DNA of 64,000 nt from an uncultured beta proteobacterium (lineage in GTDB: Bacteria; Pseudomonadota; Gammaproteobacteria; Burkholderiales; Burkholderiaceae_C): the NCBI GenBank assembly GCA_963824005.1, contig CAWGOK010000060.1, forward strand, positions 412-64,411, given 5' to 3'. Numbering within the stretch: position 1 is the stretch's first letter; the number at the start of each line of letters is the position of its first letter. The notes beneath the pieces are model-generated. The model did no database searches. It saw nothing but the letters and a program-made list of their open reading frames with translations, and was not told the DNA's origin. The position numbers were made by a program, and so were the translations under genes. Shown here in pieces: positions 44,323-58,116 of this stretch.

Positions 44323-45729
44323 CTACAGCACCCGCCCAGGATTGAGCCGACCGTGCGGGTCGAGGGCGTGTTTGATGGCCCGCATCATCTGCAACGCCAC
44401 CGGCGACTTGCGCTGTGCCAGTTCCTCGCGCTTCAGCGCACCGACACCGTGCTCGGCGGATATCGAGCCACCCACGGCGCAGACGGCGTCGTAGACCAGC
44501 GTGTTGACCGCATGCTCGTGCCGGTCCATGAACTGCTGCCCCGGCATGCCCTCGGGCGCCTGCACGTTGTAGTGCAGGTTGCCGTCGCCCAGGTGGCCAA
44601 AGTTGACCAGCCGCATGCCGGGGAAGGCCGTCGCCAGCGCGGCATCGGTGCGGGCCACGAAGGCGGGTATGGCCGACACCGGCAGCGAGATGTCGTGCTT
44701 GATGTTCGGGCCTTCCTGGCTCTGCGCCAGCGGGATCGACTCGCGCAGGTGCCAAAGCGTTTGCGACTGCGTCAGGCTTTCCGCCACCACGGCGTCGTCG
44801 ATGGTGCCGGCTTCCAGTGCGGCTTCGAGCAGCGATTCGAAGCGTGCGCGTGCCTGGGCTTCGCCCTCGTTGTCCGACTGCTCCAGCAGCACCGTCCAGG
44901 CGGCTTGCGGCAGCGGCTGGGGCAGGGCAGGGAAGTGCCGCGCCACCAGATCCAGCGAAAAGCGGTTCATGACCTCGAAGCCGGTGAGACCGGCGCCCAG
45001 GCGGGCCTGGGTCAGGCCGAGCAGGGCCACGCATTGCTCCAGCGACCCGGCTGCGGCCAGCGCGGTGCCCACGGCCGCGGGCTGCGGGCTGAGCTTCAGC
45101 GTGGCCGCGGTGATGATGCCCAGCGTGCCTTCGCTGCCGATGAACAGGTCGCGCAGGTCATAGCCGGTGTTGTCCTTGCGCAGGCCCGACAGGCCGTCCC
45201 AGACCTGCGCGTCGGCGGTCACCACCTCCAGCCCCAGGCACAGCTCGCGCGCATTGCCGAAGCGCAGTACCTGCGTGCCGCCGGCGTTGGTGGCCAGGTT
45301 GCCACCGATGGTGCAACTGCCTTCGGCGGCCAGGCTCAGCGGGAACATCAGTCCGGCATCGGCCGCGGCCTGCTGCACGGCCTGCAGCACGCAGCCGGCC
45401 TCGGCCGTGAGCGTCAGGTTGGCGCTGTCTAGCGCTCGCACGCGGTTCAACCGCGTCAGGCTCAGCAGCACTTGCGTGCCGCTGGCATCGGGCACGCCGC
45501 CGCCGACCAGGCCGGTGTTGCCGCCCTGCGGCACCACACTCACGCCATGCGCCGCACAGGTGCGCAGCGCCGCCGCCACCTGCGCGGTGTCGGCCGGGCG
45601 CACGACGGCCAGTGCGCGGCCGTGGAAGCGCTTGCGCCAGTCCAGTTCATAGGCCGACAGGTCGCCGTCACAAAGCACTTGGTCGGCGCCGACACAGGCT
45701 TGCAAGGCGTGAAGCAAGGCGGCGTTCAT
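44323..45729 (-). CDS. FAD-linked oxidoreductase (GlcD / D-2-hydroxyacid dehydrogenase family)
   Basis: VPQGGNTGLVGG, GGNLATNAGG, LRKDNTGYDL, GSEGTLG, FGHLGDGNLH, SAEHGVG. Confidence 0.92.
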   Translation of the reverse strand: MNAALLHALQACVGADQVLCDGDLSAYELDWRKRFHGRALAVVRPADTAQVAAALRTCAAHGVSVVPQGGNTGLVGGGVPDASGTQVLLSLTRLNRVRALDSANLTLTAEAGCVLQAVQQAAADAGLMFPLSLAAEGSCTIGGNLATNAGGTQVLRFGNARELCLGLEVVTADAQVWDGLSGLRKDNTGYDLRDLFIGSEGTLGIITAATLKLSPQPAAVGTALAAAGSLEQCVALLGLTQARLGAGLTGFEVMNRFSLDLVARHFPALPQPLPQAAWTVLLEQSDNEGEAQARARFESLLEAALEAGTIDDAVVAESLTQSQTLWHLRESIPLAQSQEGPNIKHDISLPVSAIPAFVARTDAALATAFPGMRLVNFGHLGDGNLHYNVQAPEGMPGQQFMDRHEHAVNTLVYDAVCAVGGSISAEHGVGALKREELAQRKSPVALQMMRAIKHALDPHGRLNPGRVL

Positions 45730-46124
45730 GCCGTGGCCTCGCGTGCCGCGCGGTGCAGGCGCCAGCGCACGTGCAGCGCACAGGCGACGAACAGCAGCAG
45801 GCACAGCAGCACCTGGATGGCGGCTAGCACGGCCGAAAGCCCCTTGTCGGTGGTAGCGCGCACGACACCCTCTGCGAAGTAGATCCACACCAGCAGGCTG
45901 ACCCAGCGGTAGGTATACATGCGCGCGCGCCACAGCCCCGGCAACGGCAGCAGCAGCGGCAGCACCTTGATGGCCAGCGTGCCGCTGCCCGTGGGCGCGA
46001 GCCACAGCTCCCAGGCCAGGCCCAGCACGATCAACCCCAACAGGCTGGCGAACGCCAGCCAGCGTGACCAGCGCACGACGGCGTCCATGCCCAGGGCGGT
46101 GGCGGGGCTGCGGGGCTCGACCAT
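45726..46124 (-). CDS. DUF2069-family membrane protein
   Basis: LAWELWLAP, KVLPLLLPLPG, YTYRWVSLLVWIYFAEG; 4-bp overlap with the downstream gene. Confidence 0.8.
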   Translation of the reverse strand: MVEPRSPATALGMDAVVRWSRWLAFASLLGLIVLGLAWELWLAPTGSGTLAIKVLPLLLPLPGLWRARMYTYRWVSLLVWIYFAEGVVRATTDKGLSAVLAAIQVLLCLLLFVACALHVRWRLHRAAREATA

Positions 46125-46142
46125 GCTGGCATGATATCCAGC

Positions 46143-47378
46143 ATGACGATGCGCAACGGCCTGTGGCAGATGGGCGCCGACCAGCTTGCGACGCTGCTGC
46201 AGACGCTGCGCACTTGGCCCTGGTTCGACACTGCACGCACGCTGCGCCAGCGCTTCCGCGAAGACCACCTGGGCATCACCGCCAGCAGTCTGACCTTCAC
46301 GACGCTGATTGCGCTGGTGCCGCTGCTCACCGTGATGCTGGCGCTGTTCTCTGCCTTTCCGATGTTCGCCAAGTTCCAGGGCGCGCTGCAGCAGTACTTC
46401 CTGCAAAGTCTGGTCCCGGACGGCATCGCCAAGCCGGTGCTGGGCACGCTGACGCAGTTTGCCGCCAAGGCCAACCGCCTGGGCAGCGCCGGCCTGGTGT
46501 TCCTGCTGGTCAGCGCGCTGGCGCTGATGCTGACCATCGATCGCACGCTCAACGGCATCTGGCGCGTGCGCAAGCCGCGGCCGATCGCGCAGCGCGTGCT
46601 GGTCTACTGGGCGGCAATCACGCTCGGCCCGCTGCTGCTGGGCATGAGTCTGACGCTCAGCTCCTTAGCGCTGACGGCTTCGCGCGGCATCGTCGACGCG
46701 CTGCCCGGCGGGCTGGCGCTGGCGCTGCAGACACTGGAGTTCGCGCTGCTGATGCTGGCCGCCTCGGCGCTGTTCCGCTTTGTGCCCAACACCGACGTGC
46801 GCTGGCGCCACGCACTGGCCGGCGGGTTGTTCGTGTCCGTGGGCTTCGAGGTGGCCAAGCGCGCGCTGGCCTGGTACGTGGGCGCGATGCCTGGCATCTC
46901 GATGATCTACGGCGCCTTTGCCACGGTACCGATCCTGCTGCTGTGGATCTACCTGTCGTGGTTGATCGTGCTCTTCGGTGCCGTCATCGCCGCCTATGCG
47001 CCGAGCCTGCAGATGCACCTGGTGCGCCACGGCGACGAACCGGGCCAGCGCTTTGCGCTGTCCGTGGCGCTGTTGCGCGAACTGCAGCGCGCGCGTGCCG
47101 CGCCCCCGCACGGGCTGACGGTCGCCCAGTTCGCTACCGGCTTGCGCATCGATCCGCTTCAGGTGGAGCCTTTGGTGGACCTGCTGGTCACGCTCGGCTG
47201 GGTCGGGCGGCTCGACGAAGAAGGCGGCAAGCGCCACGTGCTGCTGTGCGATGCCGGCAGCACCCTTGCCGAGCCGTTGATCGACCAGCTGCTGCTGGCC
47301 CCCGACGTGCGCACCCAGCCCTTCCGCCAGCGCGCGGCGCTGGGCCAGGTGACCTTGGCCGAGCTCATCGGCGCCTGA
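46143..47378 (+). CDS. YihY/BrkB-family inner membrane protein with C-terminal extension
   Basis: ASSLTFTTLIALVP, IDRTLNGIW, IYGAFATVPILLLWIYLSW; start uncertain (46131-46170). Confidence 0.9.
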   Translation: MTMRNGLWQMGADQLATLLQTLRTWPWFDTARTLRQRFREDHLGITASSLTFTTLIALVPLLTVMLALFSAFPMFAKFQGALQQYFLQSLVPDGIAKPVLGTLTQFAAKANRLGSAGLVFLLVSALALMLTIDRTLNGIWRVRKPRPIAQRVLVYWAAITLGPLLLGMSLTLSSLALTASRGIVDALPGGLALALQTLEFALLMLAASALFRFVPNTDVRWRHALAGGLFVSVGFEVAKRALAWYVGAMPGISMIYGAFATVPILLLWIYLSWLIVLFGAVIAAYAPSLQMHLVRHGDEPGQRFALSVALLRELQRARAAPPHGLTVAQFATGLRIDPLQVEPLVDLLVTLGWVGRLDEEGGKRHVLLCDAGSTLAEPLIDQLLLAPDVRTQPFRQRAALGQVTLAELIGA

Positions 47379-47409
47379 AACCCCGGCCGCCGGGGCTGGC
47401 GGATGCGTT

Positions 47410-47475
47410 ATGCCGAGTCGTGATATCTGCTAGTGCCGAACAGCGGTTGTCGGCACACCTGGGGCTGCCCATAAT
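47410..47475 (+). promoter_or_regulatory. Candidate LysR-activated promoter of the lig cluster
   Basis: T-N11-A box ATGCCGAGTCGTGAT (47410-47424) and CATAAT -10 box (47470-47475). Confidence 0.4.
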
Positions 47476-47501
47476 CCGCCGCACCATAGCGCCGCGCTCC
47501 C

Positions 47502-48194
47502 ATGCCCACCCACCGCCTGACCGGCATCTCCTCCATGGCCACCCGAGCGCTGCTGGCCGACCTGGCCGACGCCTACCGGCAGCAAAGCGGTATCGAGCTG
47601 AGCGTCGAATCGGTGGGCGGCGTCGACGCCGCGCGGCGCATCGAGGCGGGCGAGGCCTTCGATGTGGTGGTGCTGGCGGCCGACGTCATCGACAAGCTCG
47701 TGGCCTCGGGCCGCGCGTTGGCCGGCAGCCGGACCGATCTGGTGCACTCCGGCGTGGCCGTCGCGGTACGGGCCGGCGCGCCGCGGCCCGACATCGGCAG
47801 CGAAACCGCGCTGCGCCAAGCGCTGCTGGCAGCGCGCAGCATCGGCTACTCGACCGGCCCCAGTGGCGTGGCGTTGCTCAAGCTGTTCGAGCGCTGGGGC
47901 ATCGCCGACGCATTGCGTGTGCGTATCGTGCAGGCGCCGCCCGGTGTGCCGGTGGGTGCGCTGGTGGCGCGCGGCGAGGTCGAGCTGGGCTTCCAGCAAC
48001 GCAGCGAGCTGATGCACCTGGAAGGCATCGACCTGATCGGCGAGATGCCCCCGGGCGCGCAGATCGTCACCACCTTCTCGGCGGCGCTGTGCACGGCGTC
48101 GACTCAGGCGGCCGCGGTGCGCGAGCTGCTCGAGTACATGCAATCGCCGCAGACCGCCGCGCTGAAGCGGCGCCACGGCATGGAGCCGGCGTGA
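47502..48194 (+). CDS. ModA-like substrate-binding-fold protein lacking a signal peptide
   Basis: GEAFDVVVLA, SGVAVAVRAGAPRPDI, ARSIGYSTGPSG, VARGEVELGFQQRSEL; no hydrophobic leader; in-frame TAG at 47487-47489. Confidence 0.8.
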   Translation: MPTHRLTGISSMATRALLADLADAYRQQSGIELSVESVGGVDAARRIEAGEAFDVVVLAADVIDKLVASGRALAGSRTDLVHSGVAVAVRAGAPRPDIGSETALRQALLAARSIGYSTGPSGVALLKLFERWGIADALRVRIVQAPPGVPVGALVARGEVELGFQQRSELMHLEGIDLIGEMPPGAQIVTTFSAALCTASTQAAAVRELLEYMQSPQTAALKRRHGMEPA

Positions 48195-48225
48195 GCGCCC
48201 CGCCCGCAAACTCAGGAGAGCTTCG

Positions 48226-49254
48226 ATGATCATCGACTGCCACGGCCACTACACCACCGCACCGAAGGCGCTGGAAAACTGGCGCAACCAGCAAATTGCC
48301 GGCATCAAGGATCCGGCATCCAGGCCCAAGGTCACCGACCTGAAGATCAGCGACGACGAGTTGCGCGAGACCATCGAGAGCAACCAGCTGCGCCTGATGA
48401 AGGAACGCGGCAGCGACCTGACGATCTTCAGCCCGCGCGCCAGCTTCATGGCGCACCACATCGGCGACTTCGGTGTGAGCAGCACCTGGGCGGCGATCTG
48501 CAACGAGCTGTGCTGGCGCGTCAGCCAGCTGTTCCCGGACCACTTCATTCCTGCCGCGATGTTGCCGCAAAGCCCCGGTGTCGATCCGAAGACCTGCATT
48601 CCCGAGCTGGAGAAGTGCATCAAGGAGTTCGGCAACGTCGGCATCAACCTGAACCCGGATCCGTCCGGAGGCCACTGGACCAGCCCGCCGCTGAGCGATC
48701 GGCACTGGTACCCGATCTACGAGAAGATGGTCGAGTACGACATCCCGGCAATGATCCACGTCAGCACCAGCTGCAACGCCTGCTTCCACACCACCGGCGC
48801 GCATTACCTGAATGCCGACACGACAGCCTTCATGCAGTGCCTGACGAGCGATCTTTTCAAGGACTTCCCGACGCTGCGCTTCATCATCCCGCACGGCGGC
48901 GGCGCAGTGCCCTACCACTGGGGGCGCTTCCGCGGCCTGGCGCAGGAGCTGAAGAAGCCGCTGCTCAAGGACCACCTGCTGAACAACATCTTCTTCGACA
49001 CCTGCGTCTACCACCAGCCGGGCATCGACCTGCTGACCCAGGTGATCCCGGTGGACAACATCCTGTTCGCCAGCGAGATGATCGGTGCGGTGCGCGGCAT
49101 CGACCCGGAGACCGGCCACTACTACGACGACACCAAGCGCTACATTGAAGCCAGCAGCATCGTCGTCGGCGACGACCGCCACAAGGTCTACGAAGGCAAC
49201 GCGCGACGCGTGTTCCCGCGGCTCGATGCCGCACTGAAGAAGCAGGGCCGCTAA
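48226..49254 (+). CDS. ligJ: 4-oxalomesaconate hydratase (LigJ/PmdE)
   Basis: [55 protein letters not shown]. Confidence 0.93.
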   Translation: MIIDCHGHYTTAPKALENWRNQQIAGIKDPASRPKVTDLKISDDELRETIESNQLRLMKERGSDLTIFSPRASFMAHHIGDFGVSSTWAAICNELCWRVSQLFPDHFIPAAMLPQSPGVDPKTCIPELEKCIKEFGNVGINLNPDPSGGHWTSPPLSDRHWYPIYEKMVEYDIPAMIHVSTSCNACFHTTGAHYLNADTTAFMQCLTSDLFKDFPTLRFIIPHGGGAVPYHWGRFRGLAQELKKPLLKDHLLNNIFFDTCVYHQPGIDLLTQVIPVDNILFASEMIGAVRGIDPETGHYYDDTKRYIEASSIVVGDDRHKVYEGNARRVFPRLDAALKKQGR

Positions 49255-49321
49255 GGAACAGGGCCGCCAGACCCGCAACAAGGACAGGGCCGCAGGCCCG
49301 CTACTCCTCCCAGGAACCCTC

Positions 49322-50001
49322 ATGTATCAACTCGGCATCGTCAAACGCAACACCGTCCGCGCCGACCGCGCGGCGGTCGACAAGCTGGCCGGCTTCGGCG
49401 TGGCCACCATCCATGAAGCCATGGGCCGTGTCGGCCTGATGCGGCCCTACATGCGGCCCATCTATGCCGGCGCGCACCTTGCAGGCACGGCGGTCACCGT
49501 GCTGCTGCACCCAGGCGACAACTGGATGATGCATGTCGCCGCCGAACAGTTGCAGGAGGGCGACGTCGTCGTCGCCGCCTGCACGGCCGAGAACACCGAC
49601 GGCTTCTTCGGCGACCTGCTGGCCACGTCGTTCCGCGCGCGTGGTGCCAAAGGCCTGGTCATCGACGGCGGCTGCCGCGATGTGAAGGATCTGACTGCGA
49701 TGCAGTTCCCGGTGTGGAGCAAGGCCATCAGCGCCAAGGGCACGATCAAGGCCACACTCGGCTCGGTCAATGTGCGCGTGGTCTGCGCCGGCGCCGAGGT
49801 CAACCCCGGCGACGTGGTCGTCGCTGACGACGACGGCGTCGTCGTCGTGCCGGCGGCCATGGCGATGCAGGTGGCCGAAGCCGCTGCGGCGCGCGAAGCC
49901 AACGAGGCCGACAAGCGCGCCAAGCTCGCTGCCGGTGTGCTCGGCCTGGACATGTACAGCATGCGCGGGCCGCTCGAGAAGGCTGGGCTGAAGTACATCG
50001 A

Positions 50002-50005
<4 letters not shown>
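49322..50005 (+). CDS. ligK: 4-carboxy-4-hydroxy-2-oxoadipate aldolase (LigK/PmdF)
   Basis: [44 protein letters not shown]. Confidence 0.93.
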
Positions 50006-54109
<4,104 letters not shown>

Positions 54110-54139
54110 TCCCGCATCCATCAACCCCGGAGACATTGC

Positions 54140-55168
54140 ATGAAAACGATCAAGTCCTGCCTGCTCGGCATCGGCCTGTTGTCCATCACCGCGCTGCAAG
54201 GCGCTTGGGCGCAGACCGTGACACTGCGTTTCCACCAGTTCCTGCCGCCCCAGGCGACCATCCCGTCCCAGGCCATCAAGCCCTGGGCAGAAAAGGTCGA
54301 GAAGGAGAGCGGCGGCAAGATCAAGGTGCAGCAGTTCCCGAGCATGCAGCTCGGCGGCAAGCCGCCCGAATTGTTCGACCAGGCCAAGGACGGCGTCGTC
54401 GACATCGTCTGGACGGTGCTGGGCTACACCCCGGGGCGCTTTCCCAAGACCGAGGCCTTCGAGCTGCCCTTCAGCAGCGGCCTGGCCGAACCGGCGTCGC
54501 GTGCCTTCCAGGAGTTCGTCGAGAAGAACGCGATGGACGAGTTCAAGGACGTCAAGCTCATCGGCGTGCACGTGCACGGCCCCGGCTTGATCCACAGCCT
54601 GCAACCAGTGGCCAAGCTCGAGGACATGAAGGGCCTGAAGGTGCGCGGCGGCTCGCGCATCATCAACATCATGCTCGAGCAACTCGGTGCCACGCCGGTG
54701 GGCATGCCGGTGCCTGCGGTCGGTGAAGCCTTGTCGAAGGGCGTGATCTCGGCGACGACGATCCCCTGGGAAGTGGTGCCGGCCGTGAAGGTGGAGCAGA
54801 TCGCGAGGAACGCCACCGGGTTCAGCGGCAACAAGGGGCTGTACACGCAGACCTTCGCCGTGGCGATGAACAAGGCCAGCTACGACAAGCTGCCGGCCGA
54901 CCTGAAGAAGGTGATCGACGCCAACTCCGGCATGGCCGCGGCCACGCTCTTCGGCCGTGCCATGGACGCGGGCGACAAGGTCGGCCTGGCCCTGGCGCAG
55001 AAGGCCAAGAACAACATCATCACCCTCGATGCCGCCGAGACCCAGCGCTGGATGCGTGCCGCCAATGGCGTGCGCGCCGTCTGGTTCAAGGAAGTCGGTG
55101 CCAAGGGCATCGACGGCCCGAAGCTGGCGCAGGAAGCCGAGGCGCTGATCGCCAAGCACGCCAAGTAG
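54140..55168 (+). CDS. dctP: TRAP transporter substrate-binding protein
   Basis: Signal peptide, FPSMQLGG, YTPGRFP, DMKGLKVRG, LGATPVGMP. Confidence 0.92.
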   Translation: MKTIKSCLLGIGLLSITALQGAWAQTVTLRFHQFLPPQATIPSQAIKPWAEKVEKESGGKIKVQQFPSMQLGGKPPELFDQAKDGVVDIVWTVLGYTPGRFPKTEAFELPFSSGLAEPASRAFQEFVEKNAMDEFKDVKLIGVHVHGPGLIHSLQPVAKLEDMKGLKVRGGSRIINIMLEQLGATPVGMPVPAVGEALSKGVISATTIPWEVVPAVKVEQIARNATGFSGNKGLYTQTFAVAMNKASYDKLPADLKKVIDANSGMAAATLFGRAMDAGDKVGLALAQKAKNNIITLDAAETQRWMRAANGVRAVWFKEVGAKGIDGPKLAQEAEALIAKHAK

Positions 55169-55233
55169 GCCGCCCTGGCGCCCTCAACCCGTTCGCCGCG
55201 GCGGCTGCACGCCGCCGTGGCAGAAGAACCCGC

Positions 55234-55752
55234 ATGAACAAACTCATCTATGGCCTGAGCCGGGCAATGGCCTGGTTCGGCTCTTTCGTGCTCGTGATCA
55301 TTGCCGTGATGAGTGTGGCCAGCATCATCGGCCGCGCGCTGTCGGGCCTGGGCCTCGGGCCGGTGCCGGGCGACTTCGAGCTGGTCGAAGCCGGCACGGC
55401 GCTTGCGGTGTTCTGCTTCCTGCCGTGGGCCCACCTGAAACGCGGCCATGCGGTGGTGGACATGCTGTGGGGGAGCTATCCCGCGCCGATGCGCCGCGCA
55501 CTCGACATCGTCGCCGATGGCCTGATGCTGGCGGTGTGGGTGCTGCTGGTGTGGCGCATGGGCGTGGCGCTGGGTGAATACCGGCACAACAACGAGGTCA
55601 GCTTCATCCTGCAGATGCCGGTGTGGTGGGGTTATGCGGCGTCGATGGTGCCGGCGGTGGTGGGCCTGGTGGCCTATGCCTGGCGGCTGCTCGAATGCCT
55701 GGGCCTGGCTTCGCCGCCGACCGGCTTCATCATGGCCGGGGGGGGACACTGA
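55234..55752 (+). CDS. dctQ: TRAP transporter small permease
   Basis: 4 TM segments, PVPGDFELVE, RGHAVVD, ILQMPVWW. Confidence 0.88.
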   Translation: MNKLIYGLSRAMAWFGSFVLVIIAVMSVASIIGRALSGLGLGPVPGDFELVEAGTALAVFCFLPWAHLKRGHAVVDMLWGSYPAPMRRALDIVADGLMLAVWVLLVWRMGVALGEYRHNNEVSFILQMPVWWGYAASMVPAVVGLVAYAWRLLECLGLASPPTGFIMAGGGH

Positions 55753-57069
55753 TGGACCCGATCTGGCTGGCCAGCGCGTCGTTCCCCGTCCTGCTGGTCC
55801 TGATCTTCCTGCGCGTGCCGATCGGGCTGTCGATGCTCGTCGTCGGCCTGTTCGGTTCGTGGCAGGTGTACGGCAGCGCCGCACCGCTGCTCAACCAGAT
55901 GAAGAACCTGGCCTACGGCCAGTTCTCGTCGCACTCGCTGTCGATCGTGCCGCTGTTCCTGCTGATGGGGCAGTTCGCCACGCTGGGCGGCATGTCGCAG
56001 GCGCTGTTCAAGGCCGCGGAGGCCTTCCTCGGCCACCGCAAGGGCGGCGTGGCCATGGCGGCCATCGGCGCCTGCGCCGGCTTCGGCGCGATCTGCGGCT
56101 CGTCGCTGGCCACCGCGGCCACGATGGGCCAGGTGGCGCTGCCCGAACTGCAAGCGCGCCGGCTATGCCGGCAGCCTGGCCGCCGGCACGCTGGCCGCCG
56201 GCGGCACGCTCGGCATCCTGATCCCGCCGTCGATCGTGCTCGTCATCTACGCCATCCTGGCCGAGCAGAACATCGCCAAGCTCTTTGCCGCGGCTTTCGT
56301 GCCCGGCATCCTGGCGGCGCTGGGCTACATGCTGGTGATCAACATCGTCGTGCGCATCAACCCCAAGCTGGCCGGCAGCATGGCGCCGATGCCCTGGGCC
56401 GAGCGCTGGCAGGCGCTGGGCGCGGTCTGGCCGGTGCTGCTGATCTTCGTCGTCGTCGTCGGCGGCATCTACTCGGGGCTGTTCACGCCCACCGAAGGCG
56501 CGGCGGTCGGCGCGGTGTCCACCGGCCTGCTGGCCTGGTGGCGCGGCGGGCTGACGCGCAAGAAGCTGCAGGAGGCCTTCGAGTCCACCGCGGGCGGCAC
56601 GGCGATGGTCTTCATGATCGTGCTCGGCGCCGCGGCCTACAACAGCTTCCTGGCGCTGTCGCAGCTGCCGCAGGAACTGGCCGGCTGGGTCGGCGGTCAG
56701 GGCTTCAGCCCCTACATGGTGCTGTGGGCGATCCTGGTCTTCTACCTGATCTTCGGCTGCGTGATGGATTCGCTGTCGATGATCCTGCTGACCATCCCGA
56801 TCTTCTTCCCGATGGTGTCGGGGCTCGACTTCGGCCTGACGCCGGAAGAAACCGCCATCTGGTTCGGCATCCTGGTGCTGATCGTGGTCGAGGTCGGGCT
56901 GATCACGCCGCCGGTGGGCATGAACCTGTTCGTCATCCAGTCGATGGCGCCGGACATCAGCATCCGCGACACCTACCGCGGCGTGTGGCCTTTCGTCGTC
57001 AGCGACCTGCTGCGCGTGGTGCTGCTGGTGCTGGTGCCGGGCATCGCCCTGGTTGCGCTGCGGCTGTAA
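55752..57069 (+). CDS. dctM: TRAP transporter large permease; +1 frameshift near 56151
   Basis: VPLFLLMG, GAICGSSLATAA; after LPEL it continues in the +1 frame as KRAGY...GGTLGILIPPS, TPTE, ITPPVGMNLF. Confidence 0.9.
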
Positions 57070-57080
57070 GGCGCGCGCCA

Positions 57081-58098
57081 GTGGGCAGCCCCGCCTTGAA
57101 TACCCGACGCATCGGCCCGTTCACCGTCTCGGCGGTGAGCCTGGGCTGCATGAACCTGAGCCATGCCTACGGCGCGCCGCCGCCGCCGCAGGTCAGCGAG
57201 CGGCTGCTGCTTCGCGCGCTGGACCTGGGCGTGACGATGTTCGACACCGCCGCGTTGTACGGTTTCGGCGCCAACGAGACGCTGGTCGGCCGTGTGCTGA
57301 AGGGTCACCGCTCGAAGATCACGCTGGCCAGCAAGGGCGGCATGGCCGGCGTGGCTTTTGACGACGCTATCAAGCGAGTCATCGACGGCCGTCCCGAGGC
57401 CATCGTACGCAATTGCGAAGACAGCCTGAAGCGCCTGGGCACCGAGGTCATCGACCTGTACTACCTGCACCGCTGGGACAGGTGCGTGCCCATCGAGGAC
57501 AGCGTCGGCGCGATGGCGCGGCTGGTGGCGCAGGGCAAGGTGCGCGCGCTCGGCCTGTCCGAGGTGTCGGCGGCGACGCTGAAGCGCGCGCATGCGGTGC
57601 ACCCGATCGCGGCCGTGCAGTCCGAGTATTCGCTTTGGAGCCGCAACGTCGAGATCGGCGTGCTGCAGGCCTGCCAGGAGATCGGCGCCGCGCTGGTGGC
57701 CTTCAGCCCCACGGCGCGCGGCTTCCTCACCGGCACGCTGCGCGACGTGTCCACGCTCGACGCCAAGGACATCCGCCGCGGCATGCCGCGCTTCTACCCC
57801 GAGACACTACGCGGCCAACCTGAAGCTGCTGGACGGCTATGCGCGCATCGCACAGGACGCCGGCTGCAGCATGGCGCAGCTGTCGCTGGCCTGGGTGCTG
57901 TCGCGCGGCGCGCATGTCATCGCGCTGCCCGGCACCACGAGCCTGGCGCACCTGCAGGAGAACCTCGGCGCCGACGCGGTGACGCTGAGTGCCGGCACGC
58001 TGCAGCGGCTGGACGCGCTGATCAACCGCCACACCGTCAGCGGCGCGCGCTACAACCCGGCGACGCAGGCCGAGGTCGACACCGAAGAATTTGCCTGA
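57081..58098 (+). CDS. Aldo/keto reductase; +1 frameshift near 57804
   Basis: LGCMNLS, FDTAALYG, IDLYYLHR, GKVRALGLSE, QSEYSLW; C-terminus AQLSLAWVL...LPGTT...ENL lies in the +1 frame; start GTG 57081 or TTG 57096. Confidence 0.88.
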
Positions 58099-58116
58099 GG
58101 CGCCGCGCGCCAGGCC

